Origin: an uncultured Candidatus Binatia bacterium
GTDB taxonomy: Bacteria > Desulfobacterota > Binatia > Bin18
DNA: 64,000 nucleotides
Assembly: GCA_965214605.1 (NCBI GenBank)
Contig: OZ243961.1
Coordinates: 3,232,001 to 3,296,000 of the forward strand
Direction of reading: 5' to 3'
The notes beneath the pieces are model-generated. The model did no database searches. It was given only the letters and a program-made list of their open reading frames with translations, and was not told the origin of the DNA. A program made the translations under genes and the position numbers. Every line of letters begins with the position of its first letter. The stretch's first letter is position 1. Positions 38,463 to 47,536 of this stretch are shown one piece after another.

Positions 38463-39386
38463 ATGGCAGCTGGTAACACCCCGTGCGGATTCGCAATTCC
38501 CCAAGTTTTTCCCGATTCCGGTGTTGATATGGGCTTTGTGCGCGATTTCGTGCGGCGGGCCGAAACGCTGGGCTATGACAGTCTGTGGGTCCAAGAAACC
38601 ATTTTGAGCGATTTTCCTATTCTTGAGCCAGTGACGCTGCTGACCTATGTGGCGGCGCTGACTACCAAGCTCAAGCTCGGCACCTCGGTCATGATCACCA
38701 CTCTGCGCAATCCCTTGCAGCTGGCCAAGGCCCTGTCGAGCCTGGACTGCATGAGCGAAGGACGGCTGATCGTTGGCGTTGGTGGCGGCGGGCATGTGCC
38801 TGAAACAGTCTTTGGCTACTCCAAAGAGCATCGGATGCGGCGTTTTGTTGAGGGGCTCGATATTATGAAAGCGCTGTGGACAGAGTCCAAGGCCAGCTAT
38901 AGCGGGATGTTCTGGCAGCTCAAAGACGCGGCCATGGAGCCCAAACCGGTCCAACAGCCGCATCCGCCGATTTGGTTTGGGGCTCGTTCAGAGTCGGCCC
39001 TGCGCCGGGCGGTCCGCCACGGCGATGGTTGGATGGGGGCTGGATCGTCGTCGAGTGCCGACTTTGTCAGCCAGTATGGTCATCTACAGCGCTTTCTCGA
39101 CCAAGCTCAGCGCGATCCGGCCCGCTTTGCAATCTCAAAGCGGGTATATGTGGCGGTCGATAACGACCGCGACCGGGCCGAACGACGGCTGCGGGAGTGG
39201 TTTGGGGTGCGCTATAAGAGTGTCGACATGGCCTCGCAGGTCTCGATCTGGGGGAGCCGCCAGGAGTGTATCGATAAGCTTGGGGAGCTGATCCAGGCCG
39301 GAGCGCGGCATCTGATGGTCAACCCCGCTTTTGACGATATGGAGCATTTGGAGGTCTTTGCCCAGGATATTATGCCGCGGCTCTGA
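38463..39386 (+). CDS. LLM-class flavin/F420-dependent oxidoreductase
   Basis: GYDSLWVQE, LGTSV, PKPVQQPHPPIWFG, GDGW; RBS AAGGAGGG before ATG 38463. Confidence 0.88.
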   Translation: MAAGNTPCGFAIPQVFPDSGVDMGFVRDFVRRAETLGYDSLWVQETILSDFPILEPVTLLTYVAALTTKLKLGTSVMITTLRNPLQLAKALSSLDCMSEGRLIVGVGGGGHVPETVFGYSKEHRMRRFVEGLDIMKALWTESKASYSGMFWQLKDAAMEPKPVQQPHPPIWFGARSESALRRAVRHGDGWMGAGSSSSADFVSQYGHLQRFLDQAQRDPARFAISKRVYVAVDNDRDRAERRLREWFGVRYKSVDMASQVSIWGSRQECIDKLGELIQAGARHLMVNPAFDDMEHLEVFAQDIMPRL

Positions 39387-39599
39387 TAAGCTAGCCCGAT
39401 AGGCTCTGGCCCGTGACACAGGTCATGAGCCTACTCGCTCGCCCTGACATCGGGACGGGGACTTCGGGGGTGAGCAGTCAGCATGAGGGCGACATGGAGC
39501 AGGACGCGCGGTGGTGCGTCGCTCCGGTGGGGAAAAGTCGAGACGAGTCATTGCAGAGTACCGGGGACGCTTGATGCCCGAAGAGACGGCGACGGCCTC

Positions 39600-39779
39600 T
39601 TGATGCTCTGGTTGGACCCTGACAACGCCTCCCTCCTCCGGCTGGCCACGACACACGGATTGACCACGTATGACGCGAGGTCCCGAGAATCCCACGAGCA
39701 GCCACTTGCTCCCCTTGACCCCAAACTCCGCGCGGCGACACAGACTGATAGCGCTCATAGCATAAGAGCAGCTGTGTAA
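39600..39779 (+). pseudogene. Remnant of a VapC/PIN-domain toxin
   Basis: LLRLATTHGLTTYDA...PLAPLDPKLRAA matches the PIN C-terminal pattern LA..H.LT.YDA.Y..LA.....LATLD..L..AA; N-terminus unrecognisable. Confidence 0.6.
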
Positions 39780-39845
39780 AGCCCCGGCTGACCGCACCCG
39801 ATGGGGCGGCCGGTTACCGTCGACAGTCACGGCGGTGTGTCGCCC

Positions 39846-40781
39846 TTACTGTTCGACCACTTGGGGCTGCTGCTTGGGGGGGAAGAGAAAGGAGGCCGCG
39901 ATTGAGATGCCTAAAATCCCAGCGATGATACCGAGGGAGGCACCGATCGGAATCTTATAGATATCGGCCAGTAGCATCTTGACCCCCACAAAGCTCAACA
40001 CACAGCCTAGGCCGTAGCGCAGATAGACGAACAGCTCTAGGACGCCGACGACCAGGAAGAACTGGGCGCGTAAGCCCAGGACAGCAAAGACATTTGAGGT
40101 GTAAACAATAAACGGCTCGTTGGTGACGGCAAAAATGGCCGGGATCGAGTCAATGGCAAAGACCAGGTCGGTGGTCTCGACCGTGATCAGCACGACCAGC
40201 AGGGGGGTGGCAAACCGGCGACCGTCACGCCAGACTATAAAACGTTGGCCTTCATAGCCTTGGGTGATTGGCATAAAGCGCCGCAGTAGCTTGAGGGCCG
40301 GATTATTGCCCGGGTCGGTGTGCCCGTCTTCCCTGGCCAGCATGCGTATGCCGGTAAAGACCAGAAAGGCCCCAAATATATAGATGACCCAGTGGAAGTG
40401 GTGGAGCAGGGCGGCGCCGATTCCGATGAAGAAGCCGCGCATAACGAGCACGCCCAGAATGCCCCAAAACAGCACCCGGTGGCGGTATATCTCCGGCACC
40501 GAAAAGTATGAAAACAGCAGGAGGAAGACGAAGATATTGTCGACGCTCAACGACTTTTCTATGAGATAGCCGGCAAAAAATTCGAGCGCCCGCTCTTTGC
40601 CGTAGAAGAAGTAGATGGTGATATTGAACAGCATGGCCAGGCCAACCCAGAGGATACTCCACAGGGCGGCCTCTTTTTTCGACACCACATGGGCGTGGCG
40701 GTGGAAGACGGTCAGGTCAAGGAGCAATAGCCCCAGCACCACGACCGTAAATACGAGCCACATCCACAGATCAATATACAT
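39846..40781 (-). CDS. TerC/Alx family metal homeostasis membrane protein
   Basis: GYLIEKSLSVDNIFVF, DLVFAIDSIPAIFA, YTSNVFAVLGLR. Confidence 0.93.
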   Translation of the reverse strand: MYIDLWMWLVFTVVVLGLLLLDLTVFHRHAHVVSKKEAALWSILWVGLAMLFNITIYFFYGKERALEFFAGYLIEKSLSVDNIFVFLLLFSYFSVPEIYRHRVLFWGILGVLVMRGFFIGIGAALLHHFHWVIYIFGAFLVFTGIRMLAREDGHTDPGNNPALKLLRRFMPITQGYEGQRFIVWRDGRRFATPLLVVLITVETTDLVFAIDSIPAIFAVTNEPFIVYTSNVFAVLGLRAQFFLVVGVLELFVYLRYGLGCVLSFVGVKMLLADIYKIPIGASLGIIAGILGISIAASFLFPPKQQPQVVEQ

Positions 40782-40793
40782 GACGTACTCTGC

Positions 40794-41678
40794 TCATTCC
40801 CCCATCAGACGGACGCTGATTTCCTGATACCGGGCGGCCGCCCGGTCGATAATTTCGGGCGGCAGGTGGGGGGCCGGCGGTTTTTTGTCCCAGTTGATCG
40901 ACAGCAAATAGTCGCGAATGATCTGCTTGTCGTAGCTGTCTTGGGCTGTCCCGGGTTTATAGATGTCGGTTCGCCAGAAGCGGGACGAATCCGGGGTAAA
41001 GACCTCGTCGATGAGGAGGAGCTGACCGTCTTTGAGACCAAACTCAAACTTGGTATCAGCCACCAGGAAGCCTTTGGTCTTGACCACGGCCAGGGCATGG
41101 CGATACAGGGCCAGGCTGATTTCACGCACCTGTTCGGCCAGTTGGCGGCCGATCAAGCGCTCGACTTCTTCAAACGAAATGTTCTCGTCGTGCTCGCCTT
41201 CGGGCGCCTTGGTCGATGGGGTAAAGAGGGGTTCGGGCAACTCCTCGCTCTCACGCAGTCCGGCTGGCAGCCGAATATTACACACACTCTGGGTCCGGCC
41301 GTACTCCTTCCAGCCCGAGCCGGCTAGGTAGCCGCGCACGATACACTCGACCGGGAGCGGCTTGGCCCTTTTGACCAGCATGGTGCGGCCCGCTAGCTGC
41401 TCGCGGTACGGCTGACACTCGGACGGAAAGTCCGCCACCTCTCGCGAGATCAGATGATGCGGAATAAACTCGGCCAGCTGCTGAAACCAGAACCCCGAGA
41501 CTTGGGTGAGGACTCGACCTTTTCCCGGAATCCCGTCGGGCAAGACCACGTCAAAGGCCGACACTCGGTCGGTGGCAACGATCAGCAGATAGTCCTCCGT
41601 TTCATAAATATCCCGCACTTTCCCCCGGCGGGGGGCGGGGAGGCCCTCAATCGTCGTTTCTAAGACAAGCTCACTCAT
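40794..41678 (-). CDS. purC: SAICAR synthetase
   Basis: RGKVRDIY, TDRVSAFD, ECIVRGYLAGSG, ADTKFEFG, DEVFTPDSSRFW; start re-called to ATG 41678. Confidence 0.96.
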   Translation of the reverse strand: MSELVLETTIEGLPAPRRGKVRDIYETEDYLLIVATDRVSAFDVVLPDGIPGKGRVLTQVSGFWFQQLAEFIPHHLISREVADFPSECQPYREQLAGRTMLVKRAKPLPVECIVRGYLAGSGWKEYGRTQSVCNIRLPAGLRESEELPEPLFTPSTKAPEGEHDENISFEEVERLIGRQLAEQVREISLALYRHALAVVKTKGFLVADTKFEFGLKDGQLLLIDEVFTPDSSRFWRTDIYKPGTAQDSYDKQIIRDYLLSINWDKKPPAPHLPPEIIDRAAARYQEISVRLMGE

Positions 41679-41700
41679 GGCGCTCTTCTCACCGTTCTTC

Positions 41701-42177
41701 TCAGAGTTGCTGCTCAAGGACCCTAGAGGCTTGCCGGGCGCGATGGGCTGTGAGCCGCTCGGCCAGGGCCGGGTCTGACAGCGACAGAATTTGAGCGGCC
41801 AGCAGACCCGCGTTGGCCGCCCCGGCATCGCCAATAGCCAGGCTGGCGACCGGGATGCCTTTGGGCATTTGGACGATGGACAGCAGCGAGTCCAGACCGT
41901 TGAGGGCTTTTGACTGCATGGGCACGCCAAGGACCGGCAGCAGCGTTTGGGAGGCAATTACGCCGCCTAAATGGGCCGCCCCGCCCGCCCCTGCAATAAA
42001 AACACGCACGCCCCGCGCCTCGGCCTCTTTGACATAGGCGGCTAGGGCATCCGGAGTGCGGTGAGCCGATAGGATGCGGTTTTCGTGCACAACCTCAAGT
42101 TCGGTGAGCGTCTCGCTCGCCCCCCGCATGCTTTCCCAATCGCTCTTACTCCCCATGATAATTGCTACACGTGCCAT
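41701..42177 (-). CDS. purE: N5-carboxyaminoimidazole ribonucleotide mutase
   Basis: [33 protein letters not shown]. Confidence 0.96.
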   Translation of the reverse strand: MARVAIIMGSKSDWESMRGASETLTELEVVHENRILSAHRTPDALAAYVKEAEARGVRVFIAGAGGAAHLGGVIASQTLLPVLGVPMQSKALNGLDSLLSIVQMPKGIPVASLAIGDAGAANAGLLAAQILSLSDPALAERLTAHRARQASRVLEQQL

Positions 42178-42222
42178 CCCCACTCCCTTAATTCCAGCTG
42201 GGTGTCGGACCGCTCTGTTCTT

Positions 42223-43467
42223 TCAAATTACGCCGTCTTGCACAAGCCCGGTCAGCTGTTCTTGGCTGAGTCCTAGCTCTCCGGCGAATATCTCGGCGTT
42301 GTGTTCACCGAGCAGCGGTGGTCGCCGCGAGATCCGCCACGGCGTCTTCGTGAAAAAGAACGGGCCGCCAGGGTAGCGGATCGAACGGCCGAGTTCGGGA
42401 TGCTCGCACTCGGAAAAGAAGCCGCGGGCGGTAAGCTGAGGGTCGCGAAGCAGGGCTTCGGGCGGACGAACCATGGCGTACGGAATGCGCCGCAGTTGGG
42501 CGCCTTCCATCAGCTCAGCCACGCTATAGTCCTTGGCCCAGTCATCGAGTTGGTCGAACAAGTGCTCGGCGTGATCCCGGCGGTACTCCAAATCTTCCCA
42601 CTCAGGCGCGTCTAAGCCCTGGCCCTGGCCGTCCCCCCTGACCCATTCGACCAGGGAAGTCCAATCACCCAAGGTACAGTGCATCACATAGCCGTCTTTA
42701 CACCGTGCGACCCGAAAATAGCGGCTCCAGTGTAGGCTGCCGCGCCGTGTCTCAACGCCTAAGCCCTGGTGATAAAACGGTGATACGTGCTCGACCGCGG
42801 CGGCCACGGCTTCGTGGAGACTGATATCGACCCGCTGCCCCCGGCCGATTGAGTCGCGCGCCCACAGCGCGGACATCGTCCCGATCGCGCCAAAAAAAGC
42901 GGCGCTATGGTAAGCCTGCAGGCCAAGGCCGCGCAGCGGTGGTTCGTCCGGAAAGCCGTTGATGTACATCATGCCGCCCAGGGCTTCAGCCACCGTGTCC
43001 GAGCTTTTGTAGTCGGCATACGGCCCGCTTTGCCCAAACGGGGTGATTGAGGTCAGCACCAGCCGGGGGTTGAGGCGGGCCAGGACCTCGTAGCCCAGCC
43101 CGAGCTTGTCCAAGCTGCCGGGAGGGAAGGATTCGATGACCACATCGACGTTTGTCACGAGGCGTTGAAAGAGGGCGTGGCCGGCCGGCTTATGGACATC
43201 GAGCGTGATGCCCCGTTTGCTGGTGTTGTAGAAGCAGTACAGCAGGCTGCGCCGGTTGGCTTGGTTGGCATCGAGAAACGGCCCGATATCCCGCGTGGGA
43301 TCTCCGTCGGGCGGCTCGACCTTGATCACATCGGCGCCCATATCACCCATCAGCTTGGCGCACAAAGCGCCCTTGAGATCGGTCAGGTCAAGGACCCGGA
43401 GGTCAGACAGGGCAGAGGCGGGAGTATCCATCGTAACAATGCTCTCGCTTACAAAGGTCTTAGGCAT
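42223..43467 (-). CDS. Family III CoA-transferase, BbsE-like subunit (catalytic Asp apparently absent)
   Basis: LRVLDL, GADVIKVEPPDGD, TPFGQSGPY, PPLLGEHN; QAYHSAA where active members have AD..GG. Confidence 0.88.
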   Translation of the reverse strand: MPKTFVSESIVTMDTPASALSDLRVLDLTDLKGALCAKLMGDMGADVIKVEPPDGDPTRDIGPFLDANQANRRSLLYCFYNTSKRGITLDVHKPAGHALFQRLVTNVDVVIESFPPGSLDKLGLGYEVLARLNPRLVLTSITPFGQSGPYADYKSSDTVAEALGGMMYINGFPDEPPLRGLGLQAYHSAAFFGAIGTMSALWARDSIGRGQRVDISLHEAVAAAVEHVSPFYHQGLGVETRRGSLHWSRYFRVARCKDGYVMHCTLGDWTSLVEWVRGDGQGQGLDAPEWEDLEYRRDHAEHLFDQLDDWAKDYSVAELMEGAQLRRIPYAMVRPPEALLRDPQLTARGFFSECEHPELGRSIRYPGGPFFFTKTPWRISRRPPLLGEHNAEIFAGELGLSQEQLTGLVQDGVI

Positions 43468-44317
43468 CCGGCTCTTCGGGGTGGAGGGGATGGGCCTGTT
43501 TCCACTCGACCGCTACCTGACCCATGGTCTTGAACGCCACCCCGTCATGGCTGTGCAGATAGTCGATGATTCGTTCAAGCATCAAGATCCGGTGGCCACG
43601 ACCGATGACTTGGGGGTGCATGGTCAGAGTATAGACGCCCCGGCCGATCCGCTCGTACAGAAAGTCGAAATCGGCCGTCCAAATTGTATACACCTCATCG
43701 GGCGTACGTAAACCGACGTGATTGGCCGGCCAGTGGAGGTTGAAGTACGGCCAGTCGTCCAGACTCCAGTCGAGCGGCAGTTCGAGCAGGTCAATCTCTT
43801 TGCCAAAGACGTAGGGGGCGTCGGTTTGCATCTCGTCCCCAACCCGGCAGTAGTAAGGGGTGAAATCGTCAGCCATCATACTGGAGTCGTACACAAAGCC
43901 GTACTCTAAGAGCAGGCTGTGGGTGAGAGGGCTGACATCCGCGGCGGGCGAGCGATAGCCGACCGGTGCTTTGCCGGTCACCCGCTGCAAACAGGCAATA
44001 CCCCGTTCCAGGATGGTGCGCTCCTGGTCGGCCGACAGCGAGCGCGGGTTTTCATGGCAATAGCCGTGATGGCCGATCTCGTGGCCAGCGTCGGCAATAC
44101 GCTGCACGCTGGCCGGAAAGGTCTCGGCCGTATGGCCGGGAATAAACCACGAGGCCGGCAGCTGATAGCGGTCGAGCATGTCGAGTATGCGCCCTGTGCC
44201 AACCTTCCCGAACTCGCCGCGCGACAACGTGCTCGGTGACCGGGTCCGAAAGGAGCCGGTCCAGACGGACATCCCGTCAAAATCAAAGGACAAACACACC
44301 GAGATATTTTTGGACAT
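43460..44317 (-). CDS. Polysaccharide deacetylase (CE4; PuuE/HpPgdA-like)
   Basis: SFDFD, HEIGHHGYCHE, GYRSP, YDSS, LDDWP, HPQVIGR. Confidence 0.9.
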   Translation of the reverse strand: MSKNISVCLSFDFDGMSVWTGSFRTRSPSTLSRGEFGKVGTGRILDMLDRYQLPASWFIPGHTAETFPASVQRIADAGHEIGHHGYCHENPRSLSADQERTILERGIACLQRVTGKAPVGYRSPAADVSPLTHSLLLEYGFVYDSSMMADDFTPYYCRVGDEMQTDAPYVFGKEIDLLELPLDWSLDDWPYFNLHWPANHVGLRTPDEVYTIWTADFDFLYERIGRGVYTLTMHPQVIGRGHRILMLERIIDYLHSHDGVAFKTMGQVAVEWKQAHPLHPEEPDA

Positions 44318-44336
44318 GGATTCCTCCGTTTCCTCA

Positions 44337-45935
44337 TCACAGCTTCACAAACACGTCTTTCACCCCTTCGCTGGTCAGGTGTGAGACGGTGGTGATCTTG
44401 TCGCTAAATGCTTTGAGGGTGCCGAATGAGCTGGAGCCCACGTCGATCAGGATGGAGAACAGGGAGAAGCCCAGCGTGTCTTTCTCTTGGCGAAACTGCT
44501 CGGCCCAGTCAGGACTGACCTGACACTCGCCATCGGTGATAAAAACAATATCGCCCCGCTTAAAGCGGGCCTGTCGCAAACCTTCGAGCGCGGCGTTCAG
44601 CGGTGTCTCAAAGTCGGTGCCGCCGCCGGGGAAGTACTCGGCCAATTCCATGACTTTTGACATATCGACCTCGTAGCGCTCGCGCGGGTTGAGGTCGAGG
44701 ACGTGCAGGGGGCTGGCGGCCGAAGCAAAGCAGATGGACCGAAACAGGCGACGTTGACGGCGGGCGATTTCCAGCAGGGTCAGGGTCAGCGCCTTGGCCC
44801 ACACCTCTTTGTCGCCCGTCATGGACGAACTGCCGTCCAGACACACGATAACCGGACCTTTGCCCTTTTCTTCAATGCCCCGCAGCGCGTATAAGAGCAA
44901 CTGATGGTCTAGCAAACGCCGGGTAAAATCTTTACGCAGGATGGGGTGGTGTAAGGATATCAGCTCGTGCGGCAGCAGGCGGCTGATTTCACTCCCGAGG
45001 CTGGCTTCAAACAGTTCTTCTGAGGTGCGTTCAAAAATCTTACGCCGCAGGGCCAGGGCATGGTACTTCATGCGGCCGACCATCCGGGACAGTTTCTTGA
45101 GTTTCTCGTTTCCGGCCAGATGTTTGCCGAGCTCAATCTGTTGGCCGGCCGAGGATTGACCGCCCCTCCCGATCGTCGTCCCCCACGACTCGGCTTCTTG
45201 CAGCGCGTCGTCCAGGTTTTGGGCGACCCCAATAGCTTCTTTGCGAAAGCGGTTCTGGATCTCGGCCTGCATATCAGACAGTTCAGCGCCGAGCTGTTTG
45301 GACTGTTGACGCAGCCGAGCATCCTCGGCCCGAGCCTCACTGGCCAACTTGTTGGCGGCTTGTTCTAAGAGGTCTGTGGTTTTTGGAGACAGCCCGCCGT
45401 CCTCGGCCAGCTCTTTGGCGACCTGTTTGGCCTCCTGGGCGGTCTCTATCTTTTCCTGAGCCGTCGCCTCCTGCCGATGGATGCGCTGCATGTCGAGCAT
45501 ATGGCGGCGGGTCAGAGGTTTTTCGGACTTGAGCAGCTTGAGGGCGCCCTCGCCCAGCAACACCGTGGCCAAGCCCGCCCGGCTCTCATCGAGGACGGTC
45601 GCCTGACGTAAGAAATGGGCGAGCTCACCGTGGTGTAAAGCGTCGAGCAGGGTCTTATTCAGCTTGGCGCTAGGCAGTACCGCGTCCTCTGTGAGAAAGA
45701 GGACATTATACTTAAACAGGGCGCAGAACAGGTCTTGCAGCAACGCCTCAAACTGGGGGACTAAGGTGGTGCCACTGTCTTCCAAGGCTTGGAGAGCCGG
45801 TGACGCTTCACGCAGAGTGCGGTACACCGTGCGGTCGTAGGAATCGCTCTCGATCCAACACGCGTTTTGCGGGATGGGGGGAGGAGGAGAGAGGATAAAG
45901 CGAGATTTTTTCTTGGTCGCTCTACGTCTGGCCAT
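44337..45935 (-). CDS. VWA-domain protein (ViaA-like)
   Basis: MIDAS motif CLDGSSSM, GGGTDF, DIVFITDG; long helical N-terminus. Confidence 0.85.
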   Translation of the reverse strand: MARRRATKKKSRFILSPPPPIPQNACWIESDSYDRTVYRTLREASPALQALEDSGTTLVPQFEALLQDLFCALFKYNVLFLTEDAVLPSAKLNKTLLDALHHGELAHFLRQATVLDESRAGLATVLLGEGALKLLKSEKPLTRRHMLDMQRIHRQEATAQEKIETAQEAKQVAKELAEDGGLSPKTTDLLEQAANKLASEARAEDARLRQQSKQLGAELSDMQAEIQNRFRKEAIGVAQNLDDALQEAESWGTTIGRGGQSSAGQQIELGKHLAGNEKLKKLSRMVGRMKYHALALRRKIFERTSEELFEASLGSEISRLLPHELISLHHPILRKDFTRRLLDHQLLLYALRGIEEKGKGPVIVCLDGSSSMTGDKEVWAKALTLTLLEIARRQRRLFRSICFASAASPLHVLDLNPRERYEVDMSKVMELAEYFPGGGTDFETPLNAALEGLRQARFKRGDIVFITDGECQVSPDWAEQFRQEKDTLGFSLFSILIDVGSSSFGTLKAFSDKITTVSHLTSEGVKDVFVKL

Positions 45936-45971
45936 AGGCTCGCTCTTGGTTTTGGGCGGTCGCGTTCGTGT

Positions 45972-47090
45972 TTATATTTTCTCGAGCAGTTGTTGCTGGA
46001 TGGCCTCAATCTCTTGGCGGGTGGCGACGACTTTGTCGAGCGGCCGCCCGCCCTGCTCGGCCTGTCGGCCGATCTCTTCGACCTGGGCTAGGATGCGGCG
46101 AATCTTGGTATGGGCTTCAATGACGGCTCGGGCGTGCTGTTCTTCGGTGTCCCACTCCCGTTCGGCATAATCGCGCAGCTCTCGGGTTTGAAACAACAGC
46201 TCTTGCACGGTGTCCTCATAGCCGTGGATCAGGCTTTGGATGACGGCGTGCACTTCGTCCTGCTCTGAGGGCTCTTTCCACAGCACATGCTCTAGAAAAA
46301 ACAGATCCGCTTCGCGCACCGCGGGATGACCGTTCAGGTAGGCTAGGGCTTGGAGGAGGGACAGACTCTGGCGGTAGCGCCGATCAGAGGCAATGATGTT
46401 TTTCTTGTTCAGCTCGCCGCGAATATCGGCCAAGGTGCTCAGCACGGCGTCGGGGATACGAATGGCTTGGACCTCCTCCTGCATTTGGTGCAGTTCGTCT
46501 AAGCGTATCGTGGTGGACTGGACCGGGGGGGGAGTCTGCAGCATCTTGAGGAAACGGAAATCTTCGCTGATGTAGTTGACCACAAAGCGGAGCAGGAAAC
46601 GGTCGTACAGGGCCAACAGCTCATCATCTTCGGGCAACTCGTTGCTGGCGCCAAACAGGCTCAGGAGGGGAACGGACGCGATCTGTCGCCCGTTGTGAAA
46701 GAGGCGCTCGTTGATAATGGTCAGAATGGCGTTCAGGATTGATGAGCTGGCCTTAAAGACCTCGTCTAGAAAGGCAATTTGTGCGTCAGGCAGCTTATGG
46801 GCGGTCACCCGCCGGTAATCGTCGGCTTCCAAGGCTTTGAGACTGACCGCACCAAATAGCTCTTCGGGGGTGGTGAATTTGGTCAGGAGCCACTGAAAAT
46901 AGGTCCCGCCGGTAATGCGCCGACACAGCGCGTCGGCCAGCATTGATTTGGCCGTGCCCGGCGGGCCGATGATCAGGACATGTTGGGACGAGAGCAGGGC
47001 GGCTAGAGCACCGTCAATCAACTCGGCTCGCTCCAAGAAGGTGTCTTGGAGTTCTTGACGAATCGCGCCTAGTTTGTCTTGCGGGCTCAC
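45972..47090 (-). CDS. MoxR-family AAA+ ATPase (RavA-like)
   Basis: GPPGTAKS, LLTKFTTPEELFG, FLDEVFKASSSILN, GASNELP, ALYDRF. Confidence 0.9.
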   Translation of the reverse strand: MSPQDKLGAIRQELQDTFLERAELIDGALAALLSSQHVLIIGPPGTAKSMLADALCRRITGGTYFQWLLTKFTTPEELFGAVSLKALEADDYRRVTAHKLPDAQIAFLDEVFKASSSILNAILTIINERLFHNGRQIASVPLLSLFGASNELPEDDELLALYDRFLLRFVVNYISEDFRFLKMLQTPPPVQSTTIRLDELHQMQEEVQAIRIPDAVLSTLADIRGELNKKNIIASDRRYRQSLSLLQALAYLNGHPAVREADLFFLEHVLWKEPSEQDEVHAVIQSLIHGYEDTVQELLFQTRELRDYAEREWDTEEQHARAVIEAHTKIRRILAQVEEIGRQAEQGGRPLDKVVATRQEIEAIQQQLLEKI

Positions 47091-47164
47091 CCCTCAGGCT
47101 TAGCAGATCAAACCGGGAGGGACAATGCGGGTGGAGAAAAGTCGTGAGAGAACACGCCGGCGCT

Positions 47165-47440
47165 CTAGTGGTGGGTCTGCTGGGTCTCTTCGATGACGTC
47201 GAGGCCGGCCGCAATGAGAGTCATCAGTTCTACGTTGTCGGCCTCTCTCGCCAGCAGGCGGTCGATGCTCTGTTGTAAAATTTCCACCAGCGGCTTGTCT
47301 TGAGCAACTTCTCTGAGGGCGGCCCGGACCGGCTCAATTTTATCGTCGTACTGAGCGCCTAACTCGCGTTTCAGGGTGGTCCGGATGGCGACCAACTGGC
47401 CGGTCAGTGAGGAGACGCTCTTGCGCTTTGGCTGTGACAT
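47165..47440 (-). CDS. Small hypothetical helical protein
   Basis: 91-aa ORF filling the gap, co-directional with its neighbours, plausible composition. Confidence 0.6.
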   Translation of the reverse strand: MSQPKRKSVSSLTGQLVAIRTTLKRELGAQYDDKIEPVRAALREVAQDKPLVEILQQSIDRLLAREADNVELMTLIAAGLDVIEETQQTHH

Positions 47441-47536
47441 GGGGCCTTAGCAGAGCAAAGGATTTAGGGGGATGTCAAGGCTCTCAGGAAGTTTAACAAG
47501 AGGTGGTTGGAGAGGATGAGGGAGCGATTTCTGCCT

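Noticed and set aside
40782-40793. yybP-ykoY riboswitch expected upstream of terC/alx
   Set aside because: Only 12 bp separate purC from terC, leaving no room
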